Shown piece after piece: positions 1 to 9,308 of a stretch of 64,000 bases of DNA. The translations under genes were made by a program, and so were the position numbers. The stretch is taken from positions 186,001-250,000 of IMG/VR virus record IMGVR_UViG_3300027770_000026; one strand, given 5' to 3'. The notes beneath the pieces were generated by a model. That model was not told the DNA's origin. It did no database searches and worked only from the letters and a program-made list of their open reading frames with translations. Within the stretch, counting starts at the first letter, position 1. Each line of letters opens with the position of its first letter.

Positions 1-2798
1 AATATGTCCTGGCTATGATTCCATTCAAACTGAATGTCGCCAGTTAAGCCAACAGACTTATAACTCAGAGGGAAGCCAATTTCGCTATCGTTAGTACCTG
101 TTCCTCGTTTGAACGAGAACAACTTGCTACCAATGAATGTGCTACCTACATATGTTGCTCGATCGCCAATGCTTGTTTTGTTAGAATCAAACAAATCAAA
201 CAGTGGTTCTTGATTGATTGCTGTTTTATTCTGCGACTGAACCCACTCATTGTTTAGATAATAAAAATTCTTACCTGCATTACTATTGCCGTCAGTAACT
301 ACGATACCATCATAATCGCTAACACTTGCAACTTCTGTTAACACAATATTAGGCTGATAGTCGTATGCTGTTAATTCAATATCGTCTAGTGATAATAGTG
401 TTGTTACTAGCGTAATTTCAATACGTTCTTCTGTACCAATGGTTACACCAGCAGTAGCTGTTACACCAGCACCCGGTGCTGCAATTACTACAGTCACTGC
501 GGTTGTAGAAGTAGTTGGGTTGGTAATAGTAATAAAATCTACTGCATCTCCAACTAATGTTGCAACTGCAGAACCACCAACAGGTAAACTAGTAACAGTA
601 TCTATTAGACTTACAGTAGGAGCTGTAGCATACCCACTTCCTCCGTTAGTTACTGTAATTTCTGTAATTGCAGGAATGTTATATACTACATCTGTTGAGT
701 ACAGATTAGAAGGTATAATATCATCACCATTTTTAAGTTCAATTGTTTTATTTCTAAAATCACCTTGAATGTTGAATACATCACCGGTGTTGGTAGCTAG
801 CCATTCGTATGGCGCTGTGCCAATTGCACCCGGATTGTATATAGACTTACGTCCTTCGTCTAGACTGGCAATTGTTACTTCGTAAATCTTGTTTCGTACC
901 TGCAAATCTGTATCAGCAGAGAACACAACTTTCATGCCGTTCTCTAGGCCAACACCATCCGCAGAATATCCAGATGCTGCCATCACGTTGCTTAGAGCAT
1001 CAATTTCTACTTGATCAAATGCATCTACTACTGCAACGTTACGACGTGCATGATTATACAATGCGATATCGTTGTCAAATTCCACAACAGGACGTTTGGC
1101 TTTTTCTGCTTGATCGATTACAAAATCTTGCTCCAGTACTTTAGCAGTATGCTCTAGTACGCGATAATGGAACCAACGATTACTGCGACTCCACGCATTC
1201 CCGTCTAGACTAGAACGTGCAATAGTAATGTAATGCTTGTTTAGAAAGCCGTAGTTGATATCTTGTTCTAGTCCGTTTGGTACTAATAAATCAACGTCAA
1301 GCAAACGAATACTGCTACCAACACCTTCTACGTAATATGTTTTGTTACGATAAGAAGCAGGTAGTACTGTTGCATCAAATGTTACTTTGAGTCCATTCAT
1401 GAACGTAACATCGCCAATTGCAAATCTCTGCTGTCCAATTACGTCTCGTTCAATATCGATAGACGGGACGCCAGTGAATGCCGATGCTGTAGTTGGTACT
1501 TGAATTGTACTAGACTGTTGGATTGGGCTACCTGTCCAACTTGGACCAACTACATATGGGAATACCGGATCGTTAGCGTTGTCAACTGTTAAGAAGTATG
1601 CATACGTTCCGTTAGGGAAATCTGGTGTTACGCAAAAACGTCCATTGTTAACGTCAAGTGTTCCTAGATTTGCAATGTATTCGTAGTCTTCAACATATCT
1701 ACCGTCTGGTGTGCCGCGAACAGCAGTTGCACCTTTGATGCGATAGCTGCTGGTCATGTTAATGATTGAGCCGCTGCCGTCTGCGTTAGTATAACCACGT
1801 GGTCCGTAGATTGGGAAGCCGTCAAACGCATACCCTAGTATCTTACTATGTCCGCTAACTGAATCGCCTAGTTCTGAACTGTATGCGTGATAGTGGAACA
1901 CACCGTTAATGTCTGGATGTCCTGCAAATTCTGTAGGACTGACGTGCTGCACATCCTCGCTGCGATTAAATTCATTTGCTAAATTGCTGCTAGTACTATC
2001 AAATGTAATTGTGTGATTTTCTAAGAAAGGCGTGTTTATTGTATACGTAACATCATTAAGCTTTTCTTTGCTGCCCATTGTGTATGTGTAAAATGGGTGC
2101 CCGTTAGTTGCAACGCCAATCATACTGCCTGCGGGTACAGCTACTTGATTCTGACTCTGTCTAATCTGCGGATCACGTGGTAGCTTAAATGCCACTGTTG
2201 TGTCTGCAACTGCTCGTGTTACATCTACTGTAGGAAAACTATCAACCAATGAAGATTGATTACTAGTTGACACGTATATATTTTTATCGTCGTAATAACC
2301 TAGTACTGTATTGTCAAATGCGGACAATTTAATGAACAGTAAGTTGGCAATTGCAAAACTTATTGGTATTGCGTCCGGGCCGTTGGGCATCCAGTAGTAC
2401 TGATCATAGTTGATCAGCTTGTCTAAACTAATCTTAAAATCAGCTGGTTTAAAATCGTCAGCTAGTGCGTTTTGTAGATTATTTTTATCAACACCATAAT
2501 AGTTTAGGGCATTGATAAAGTCTTCTGCAGTAGCACCAAAGGCATATGTACCATCTGGGTTCACTGATGCTGCACCAACTTCAAGTTGATAAGCGTTTCT
2601 TAGTTCATTATTCTCTGTTAAGAATCTATCAGTTGACGTTGCACCTTTTGCATATCTACGTCCTACATAGTAATTCAATTGTCTTGGGTCACTTGGGGTT
2701 ACCAAATGGTCCATCGTAGATGCTAAGAATCTACGGTTTAGACTTGTTTGAAATACTTCTGGTAAAAACTTGTAACTGCGTTGAAATGCTTTAGCCAT
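1..2798 (-). CDS. Large baseplate wedge / virion structural protein (gp7-like position), truncated by window edge; contains a YHYH domain
   Basis: ATG at 2798 (MAKAFQRSYKFLPEVFQT); frame open where spot-checked down to the window start; directly follows gp6-like gene; GHPDINGVFHYH...ILGYAFDGFPIYGPRGY...NGRFCVTPDFPNGTYAYF is YHYH-like; not in the supplied ORF track because it has no stop in the window. Confidence 0.7.
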   Translation of the reverse strand, partial: MAKAFQRSYKFLPEVFQTSLNRRFLASTMDHLVTPSDPRQLNYYVGRRYAKGATSTDRFLTENNELRNAYQLEVGAASVNPDGTYAFGATAEDFINALNYYGVDKNNLQNALADDFKPADFKISLDKLINYDQYYWMPNGPDAIPISFAIANLLFIKLSAFDNTVLGYYDDKNIYVSTSNQSSLVDSFPTVDVTRAVADTTVAFKLPRDPQIRQSQNQVAVPAGSMIGVATNGHPFYTYTMGSKEKLNDVTYTINTPFLENHTITFDSTSSNLANEFNRSEDVQHVSPTEFAGHPDINGVFHYHAYSSELGDSVSGHSKILGYAFDGFPIYGPRGYTNADGSGSIINMTSSYRIKGATAVRGTPDGRYVEDYEYIANLGTLDVNNGRFCVTPDFPNGTYAYFLTVDNANDPVFPYVVGPSWTGSPIQQSSTIQVPTTASAFTGVPSIDIERDVIGQQRFAIGDVTFMNGLKVTFDATVLPASYRNKTYYVEGVGSSIRLLDVDLLVPNGLEQDINYGFLNKHYITIARSSLDGNAWSRSNRWFHYRVLEHTAKVLEQDFVIDQAEKAKRPVVEFDNDIALYNHARRNVAVVDAFDQVEIDALSNVMAASGYSADGVGLENGMKVVFSADTDLQVRNKIYEVTIASLDEGRKSIYNPGAIGTAPYEWLATNTGDVFNIQGDFRNKTIELKNGDDIIPSNLYSTDVVYNIPAITEITVTNGGSGYATAPTVSLIDTVTSLPVGGSAVATLVGDAVDFITITNPTTSTTAVTVVIAAPGAGVTATAGVTIGTEERIEITLVTTLLSLDDIELTAYDYQPNIVLTEVASVSDYDGIVVTDGNSNAGKNFYYLNNEWVQSQNKTAINQEPLFDLFDSNKTSIGDRATYVGSTFIGSKLFSFKRGTGTNDSEIGFPLSYKSVGLTGDIQFEWNHSQDI

Positions 2799-2799
2799 A

Positions 2800-5700
2800 T
2801 TAATTAGTTATTGTTGCTGGTGTTACGCTTTCGATAATCACAATATCGTCTACTGTGACATCATGTATCAATATTTCATCCGGCATACTTGTTATCTGGA
2901 ACAAGTCGCCAAACTCGCTTGATGTGTTTTCTGGTACAATGACCACACTACTTATTAATCCTGTTAACTGCAAGTGTACAAATGCTGCTAGTTCAGTGAA
3001 GTAGAATGTATCGCCAAAGTCATAGTTTGCATTAGCAAAGAATACGTCAATTGCACTTACAATTCTGCTCTTAATTTCATTGTCACTTACCAAGCTTGAT
3101 GAATTACGCACCACTTTAAACTTAGCACGTTGTCCAGGATCTGCCTTAGAACCAAACAGTATCTTAAAGTCTACAGGATGATAGATGATATCATCGCTCA
3201 TGCCCTTAACTGTTTCAATACTGCTTAACAAGTCGCGCAGTTCTTGACTTGTTGGCGCTGTTGGCTTAGTTAGATCATTGCGGTCAAATTTTAACCAGTT
3301 ACGCAAATCGTTGTTATATGTCTTGGTCATTACATATATGTCAATCAGATTGCTTAGTGCTGGATCAATTCTACGTGTGTCTGCTGCATTGTGTTCATAC
3401 TTAAATTGCAATGCTTCACGACCATAGTACGACTTGTAAAGACTTGTAGAATAGTATGTTGCGTCAGTTTCCTTCCACACATATAGTTTTTCAGTGTCGC
3501 GTACATAGATTAGTTGTCCATCTACATAAGGATCTAGATTAGGATCTGTTGAACCAATGTTTGACAAACTGTTAACAACAACAATGTCGCTAGTTGTACG
3601 TAGTCTCCAACGATAGAAACCAGTTGAGTCTGTGTAGCGTTCAAACACTACCACAAAGTCACCGCTGGTAAATCCGTATTGTTTAGTTGCACTAGGTGCA
3701 GTTGTGTTAACAAGCTTGTTAAAACTATCTAAGTCGTCTGGTACCTGATCATTATTTTCGTCCGCAAAACTTACGCGAACTTCTTGTGGGTTCGCATATC
3801 CGTCAATGTCTTGTATATTGTCAATGATATGAAATTTAATGTCCTTGCTATATGCGCGATCACCGTTGCTCCAATCGCTGTTAGTCTTTAGTACTACAAC
3901 TTGGTCGCTTACTACCTTGCCTGTCAATGGATCTTTAATCAACTGTGAACTGTCAAAGTAGAACTTATTTTGATCTTCACTTCTAAAGATAGTTTGTAGC
4001 AAGCGAACAGTACCCTTGTATTGTTCGTTACGATATTCAAACTTCATTAGCCAGCTAGCATCTGCATTAGTCTTAGATGTGTTTTGTGCGTAGTCTAAGC
4101 TAAAATCTACATTTGTGCTTAGGTCTCTTGCGTCAATATAGTACCATATAGAATTTAGTCTATCGTAGCCTATACCAAAGTCTACTTGATTTTGTATAGC
4201 ATCTAAGATAGTTGATTCTAGCGAGCCTAAGTCACGACTCATTGCAGGCATTGCTTCCGACAAAATAGAATTTGTTGGTACTACGTCGTTGAATGCAATT
4301 GGGCCTGACCCATCGGACAATGCGCCTGCTCCGCTATTGCTGCCGTCGCCTATCAAATTCATAATCTTAACCCAAACGTAAGATGGCTGCACAAATGTTA
4401 GCGTTATGTTAGGATTAGTTATTGTGGCTGCTTGACTTAGCGTTATTGAGTTTGTAGTGCCTGCTGTAACTGCAACAACTGTTGTGTTTGATGGGATACC
4501 CGAGCCCGATACATTCATACCAACTAGCACATTGGCCACTGAATTTGTAGTAGTCACTGTAACACTAGCATTTGATAATACGCAAGTATTAACTGTATTT
4601 GTAGATCGTTGTAGTGTACGAGTACTGTCGTAGTAATAGCCATTAGGCGCAATAAACTTTAGCAGTGTGCCTTTAGCAGCAGTATTAGTAGGATATGAAC
4701 CTGCTTCTGGGCCAAATGCTCTAGCTGCGCCAAAGCTATCTACAAAGTAACCATCGTATATGTTGTTTGAATTATGCAAACCATTCCATAGTAATCCCGA
4801 CGACAAGAAACTTATTCTATCAAATTTTACATAGTAGAAGTTAGTCAACTCTTCGTTAACTAGATATGGTCTGATTGTGTTTTGGATCACACTGTTAATT
4901 TCGTTAGCAAGGTCCGACCATGCAAACGTAAATGTTTCGTTGTAGTCCTTTTGATAGATGATACCGTCATCTGCAAACAGTTTAATTGAACTGTAACGTC
5001 CGGTTGGGTCAACTACGTCTAAGTAACGGTTTGTACCTGAGCTTGTACGATTTACTGCCTTAGCTTTAAGTACGTTCTGGCTTGTGATCACCGGATAGAT
5101 GTTATAGTCTTCGCCCGTGATCATTCTATTCTGTGTGTAATATGCTTGTGGTGCGCGAGTCTTGATATCCGTAAAGCTTTCTGCGGGACTACTGTTACTT
5201 ACGTTGGTGCGTAACGCAAAATTCATATTCATTGTGGCAACTTGTCCGTTCTTAGTTCGAACATTTATTGAATTTGTTACACGCGGCATGTCAGATGTTC
5301 TAATTTGATATGCTAGACCGTTGCTAGTGCGATAGTAGTAACGGAAGTTTCCGTTAGGGATGTCGCCAAATGTGCCGTCGGCAAATACTAAGTCTACGCC
5401 ATCATTGTCACGACCAACCGTGCTGTACACCTTGCGAATATTGCGGGATAATGAATTATAAATGATGTTGTTGCCGCTAATTTCTGAAATGTTTCTCCAC
5501 AATGCTGTGAAGTTACCGTCTGCACTTAATTCAAACAGCCATGTGTCTGTATTATTGATGCCCGATGTATTAATACCTAATACTTGGTTAGGCAACGCAT
5601 CTGCAATTCCAAAGTCTGCACTACCTAGTGTGCCCTGCTTGAACATTACGAACCAGCCAGTGTTTGGACTACCGTTGCCCTTGCCGTCATTGCGATACAG

Positions 5701-6402
5701 CAAGCTAAAACCGCTGTTTGGCACAGGTACACGTTCTGTTAGTGTACCGTCTGTGTCAATATATGCGCCTACCATTTCAAAGTTCATGTTAACGCCGCCC
5801 ACTTTCTGTGCAAACGGTAGTACTGGACTTGAATTTAGGCTGTTGATCTCATACAGGTCTGTAGTAACGCCATTAATCACAGCACGACGAGCAGGCTTAC
5901 CCACGCGCTGGTTTGTGCTCATTGCTTGACCTAGAATAATGTTAAAGTGTTCTTGAAAATCAGGGTTAGTTGCATCGTTCCAAGTAATGGGTAAATTACG
6001 TAGGTTGTTACCGTTGCTGTCCACTAGGTCTTGTGTCGTGCTTATAGTGGTAAGCTTGAGCATGCCGCTAGCAGGAATATTACGCTTTGGGGTATAGCCC
6101 ACCAGACGCGCCATTCTAATAACGCTGTCACGACGTGTTGCAGTATCGATGAAGTTTTCACGACTGTTTAGGTCTATTCGAAACGCAATGCTTTGTCCCA
6201 TGTACGCCATCATGTCGATTAGCGCAACGAATTCACTGCTTTCAATGAAGTCGTTAAAGTCTTCGGGGAAGTTGGTCTTTACGTAATCTAGCAATACTCT
6301 GCGTAGATTATCGAAGTCATAGCTGCTTAGATCAATCTGACTAAACGCTTGATATATCTTTTTCCAATCTTCAACTGCAAATATTTTTGATACGTCACTC
6401 AT
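2800..6402 (-). CDS. gp6: Baseplate wedge subunit, T4 gp6-like
   Basis: N-terminal YDFDNLRRVLLDYVKTNFPEDFNDFIESSEFVALIDMMAY...RENFIDTATRRDSV..ARLVGYTPKR and ESFTDIKTRAPQAYYTQNRMITGEDY motifs typical of gp6/baseplate J. Confidence 0.85.
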   Translation of the reverse strand: MSDVSKIFAVEDWKKIYQAFSQIDLSSYDFDNLRRVLLDYVKTNFPEDFNDFIESSEFVALIDMMAYMGQSIAFRIDLNSRENFIDTATRRDSVIRMARLVGYTPKRNIPASGMLKLTTISTTQDLVDSNGNNLRNLPITWNDATNPDFQEHFNIILGQAMSTNQRVGKPARRAVINGVTTDLYEINSLNSSPVLPFAQKVGGVNMNFEMVGAYIDTDGTLTERVPVPNSGFSLLYRNDGKGNGSPNTGWFVMFKQGTLGSADFGIADALPNQVLGINTSGINNTDTWLFELSADGNFTALWRNISEISGNNIIYNSLSRNIRKVYSTVGRDNDGVDLVFADGTFGDIPNGNFRYYYRTSNGLAYQIRTSDMPRVTNSINVRTKNGQVATMNMNFALRTNVSNSSPAESFTDIKTRAPQAYYTQNRMITGEDYNIYPVITSQNVLKAKAVNRTSSGTNRYLDVVDPTGRYSSIKLFADDGIIYQKDYNETFTFAWSDLANEINSVIQNTIRPYLVNEELTNFYYVKFDRISFLSSGLLWNGLHNSNNIYDGYFVDSFGAARAFGPEAGSYPTNTAAKGTLLKFIAPNGYYYDSTRTLQRSTNTVNTCVLSNASVTVTTTNSVANVLVGMNVSGSGIPSNTTVVAVTAGTTNSITLSQAATITNPNITLTFVQPSYVWVKIMNLIGDGSNSGAGALSDGSGPIAFNDVVPTNSILSEAMPAMSRDLGSLESTILDAIQNQVDFGIGYDRLNSIWYYIDARDLSTNVDFSLDYAQNTSKTNADASWLMKFEYRNEQYKGTVRLLQTIFRSEDQNKFYFDSSQLIKDPLTGKVVSDQVVVLKTNSDWSNGDRAYSKDIKFHIIDNIQDIDGYANPQEVRVSFADENNDQVPDDLDSFNKLVNTTAPSATKQYGFTSGDFVVVFERYTDSTGFYRWRLRTTSDIVVVNSLSNIGSTDPNLDPYVDGQLIYVRDTEKLYVWKETDATYYSTSLYKSYYGREALQFKYEHNAADTRRIDPALSNLIDIYVMTKTYNNDLRNWLKFDRNDLTKPTAPTSQELRDLLSSIETVKGMSDDIIYHPVDFKILFGSKADPGQRAKFKVVRNSSSLVSDNEIKSRIVSAIDVFFANANYDFGDTFYFTELAAFVHLQLTGLISSVVIVPENTSSEFGDLFQITSMPDEILIHDVTVDDIVIIESVTPATITN

Positions 6403-6420
6403 AAATTTACCCTGTGTCTT

Positions 6421-6428
6421 TATTTATA
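6421..6428 (-). promoter_or_regulatory. T4-type late promoter TATAAATA upstream of gp6
   Basis: Exact TATAAATA on minus strand ~19 nt before the ATG; gp55 homolog present. Confidence 0.75.
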
Positions 6429-6455
6429 TTAAGCAAAAACCAGGGTAATTAATGG

Positions 6456-6848
6456 CTACGACGTAGGTCTTATGTACCCTTCAGTTGAGAATTCCCAGCT
6501 CACTGTGTCCGACGCAGAGAATGGTATAAAGGTGATTTCGCATGCCACTCTTACACCTAGTCCGTCTTGTACTTGATCAACTGCAACAACATCTAGTCTG
6601 CAGCGCGGATCAAAACCCACAATACGTACAACGTCGTCTTCAATAGCACTCACAATCTCGTCTGTATAGGGTTCAAACAGCAAGTAGGGAATAATAGTAC
6701 CAAAGTTAGGATTTTCTAGTTTTTCTCCCCGCTTGATCGAGAAATGATTAGTTAAATCCCGCTTAATTAGGTCTATATCCGTGATAGTTGTATCGGGCTT
6801 GTTAGTTAATGTAGAACTATAACCTGAAAATGTTTTGAGAAATGCCAT
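6456..6848 (-). CDS. gp25: Baseplate wedge subunit gp25-like
   Basis: DIDLIKRDLTNHFSIKRGEKLENPNFGTIIPYLLFEP...FDPR motif, 130 aa. Confidence 0.85.
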   Translation of the reverse strand: MAFLKTFSGYSSTLTNKPDTTITDIDLIKRDLTNHFSIKRGEKLENPNFGTIIPYLLFEPYTDEIVSAIEDDVVRIVGFDPRCRLDVVAVDQVQDGLGVRVACEITFIPFSASDTVSWEFSTEGYIRPTS

Positions 6849-6863
6849 TTGCTATAGTTATCC

Positions 6864-9308
6864 TTAATCTACCTGAGTTTTGCTACCCTGTGTAAAGTAG
6901 CCATAAGATGTTGTGCCGCTGGCATCCTTATAAGGATATGCTGCGGGTGATTTCTTCAATATCTTCCAGTGAACATACAGGCCAATTGCACCGTTACCCA
7001 AGTTATTTGCGTCTGTTGTTAACTTGCGCACATCTTCTGCTGTTAATTGCATGCTTGGTGCAAACTTAGAGAACCCTTGCTTGTTGCCTAGACCCATGAA
7101 CATCACTAATTTCAACCAACCTGCACGATCTGCACCGCTTTCTTCACGGGCACCAGTAATAATCCCTATTGACTTCAAGCTTAAGTAGTTTGAATAGGTA
7201 GAAGCAATGATGCATTTGTCCTGTAGCGCGTAGTCTAACAAGAATCCGTTGGGTCCACCGGTGCCTAACTGAGGTGTGTTTGGCGGGCTAAAGATTGCGG
7301 CATTGTTAAATCGTGGGCATAGTATTTCCTGTGTTGCAGGAGTCCAGCTTGCTTCGCTGAGTGCAGCAGCTTTAGATTGCGTGTCCACTGTTGTTATGCC
7401 CAAACCCTTAAGTAATGACATTCCCAACTGATATCTGCCAATGAATCCGTTTGGATTTATCATTGGGTCGCCGTTCGGCAACGTATCATAACGTCCGCGA
7501 CTTGCTGCAGCAGCAATATCTTCACGGAATGTATCAAAGTTAATGGCCATCTCGCTTACGAAATTAGCCAGTGTTTCTGTTAGTGCAAATGATTTGCTGC
7601 CCGATACTAATTTAGAAGTATCAGCGGGGAACGCAACGCCCGAACCATTGGAGAATACACTATCGCCTGTGGCTTTTCCTGTAGGTGCATCTGTTGCGCT
7701 AGTGTTTACATTAATCTCATGCGCAGTCCAAGGTTCATGCTGCGGGGTAATTGGCACATGACTTTGTTGCACGCCGCTGTTGAAAGGCTTGGGTATGTCA
7801 ATAACTGCAGAAGTTCTTGAATCCTTTTGTAGGGCAGTAATAGTTGTACTAGCACCTTCGTACCAGTTCTTGCTACTAGTCCATCCTGTAACAGGATGTA
7901 CATCGCCATCGTTGTCGCCATTGGTAAAGTCAAGATCAACTTTTTGGCTAAAGCTAGCAATTGTACCTGAACCTGCCTTAACTGATTCCCATATCCCACC
8001 TGCGGCATCTAGTTCTAGTTTTCCGCCTGACTTCAGGGTAATTAATCCTGAGGCATTGACTTGGAAACTAGTACCAGTTTCAAAAGTAATTTCTTTGCCT
8101 GCAGTTGTTTTGTACTCATTTACAAACTGCATGGTTCCGTTTTGTGCCTGAATGGTTAACCCACTACCGTATGAGCTAGCAGAGTTGCCCCCACCTGCAC
8201 CTGGCTTTGCAATAAGTGTTAGACTATCGCTTTCTTGAATCATGTCTGGGCTACGTTGGTAGAACTTAGCTTTACCAAGATGTCGTTGCTCAACTGCTTC
8301 GGTATTAATATTACTTGCGACCACATTAAAGTTATTTGTTGCTAGCACGTTGATGTCATTGTTAGCTGTTAGGTTTAGATCCTTCTCAGCATGTACACTA
8401 ACACTGCCCTTGCCATACACATCGATACGACCGTTAGCTGTTAGTTCAACCCACGCACTACCGTTTTGATTGATAACATATACTGAACCAATAGTATCAT
8501 TGATTAATACCATGCCGCCACTAGAGCTGCGAATTCTAACCACTTGATTTTGCCCAAGTGCATCACCGTCGTCCATTACAAATTGATGTCCACCAGTTCG
8601 GCCTGTAACTGTTAAGAACTCTTGTGAGCCCGATGTTGGTGATGGGCCTGCACGAGAAATAATCTTACCCGGTGTACTGATACCAAACACGCTAGATGGT
8701 GCTTCTCTACGCACAGTACTGGTAGTAGGTCCACGTGCTTCGTCTTGTGCTAGTCCTTGTTGTTCAAGAATAGCAGCTTGCACCAAGTGCGGTGGTGCTT
8801 TTGTCGGATCTGAATATACTTCAGACTGTGTGGTAAAAGAACCAACAGTAACTTTGTTATATTCTGTAATAGGGTCACGGTCCGGTGATGTTGTGTTAGT
8901 TGCACCGCGTTGTGCAATACCCGGAATCATATGATTCATTAATTGGTTAGGAACACATGCAAACCAAAAGCCTCTAGCTAAGTCCAAGTTGGCAAACATA
9001 ACCAATACTTGTACGCCAATGTCCGGAGGTACAAACCACATGCCATATGATTGACTTGTGCCCGTTATATCAGCATTGGAACTAGATTTTAAATTGGTTA
9101 CACCATAGAATGGCGTAGCATAACTGACTGTTAGCCAGCCAGACTGGTCTGTTGCGGGGACACTGCTAAGTTCTGGAATCCATACTTGGATACGACCCAT
9201 ACACGTAGGGTCAAGGTTATTCATTATGGTGGCAACATACGGCCCCGAATTAGTTAATGAATTAGATTTATTAGTATTATTAACTAAAAATGGTCCAGCC
9301 TGTGCCAC
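6864..9308 (-). CDS. Baseplate central spike, gp5/VgrG-like, with C-terminal lysozyme-like domain
   Basis: OB-fold-like start (DPTCMGRIQVWIPEL, YATPFYG, GMWFVPPDIGVQVLVMF), beta-helix segment (RTGGHQFVMDDGD), C-terminal N..GFIGRYQLG lysozyme-like motif. Confidence 0.7.
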   Translation of the reverse strand: MAQAGPFLVNNTNKSNSLTNSGPYVATIMNNLDPTCMGRIQVWIPELSSVPATDQSGWLTVSYATPFYGVTNLKSSSNADITGTSQSYGMWFVPPDIGVQVLVMFANLDLARGFWFACVPNQLMNHMIPGIAQRGATNTTSPDRDPITEYNKVTVGSFTTQSEVYSDPTKAPPHLVQAAILEQQGLAQDEARGPTTSTVRREAPSSVFGISTPGKIISRAGPSPTSGSQEFLTVTGRTGGHQFVMDDGDALGQNQVVRIRSSSGGMVLINDTIGSVYVINQNGSAWVELTANGRIDVYGKGSVSVHAEKDLNLTANNDINVLATNNFNVVASNINTEAVEQRHLGKAKFYQRSPDMIQESDSLTLIAKPGAGGGNSASSYGSGLTIQAQNGTMQFVNEYKTTAGKEITFETGTSFQVNASGLITLKSGGKLELDAAGGIWESVKAGSGTIASFSQKVDLDFTNGDNDGDVHPVTGWTSSKNWYEGASTTITALQKDSRTSAVIDIPKPFNSGVQQSHVPITPQHEPWTAHEINVNTSATDAPTGKATGDSVFSNGSGVAFPADTSKLVSGSKSFALTETLANFVSEMAINFDTFREDIAAAASRGRYDTLPNGDPMINPNGFIGRYQLGMSLLKGLGITTVDTQSKAAALSEASWTPATQEILCPRFNNAAIFSPPNTPQLGTGGPNGFLLDYALQDKCIIASTYSNYLSLKSIGIITGAREESGADRAGWLKLVMFMGLGNKQGFSKFAPSMQLTAEDVRKLTTDANNLGNGAIGLYVHWKILKKSPAAYPYKDASGTTSYGYFTQGSKTQVD

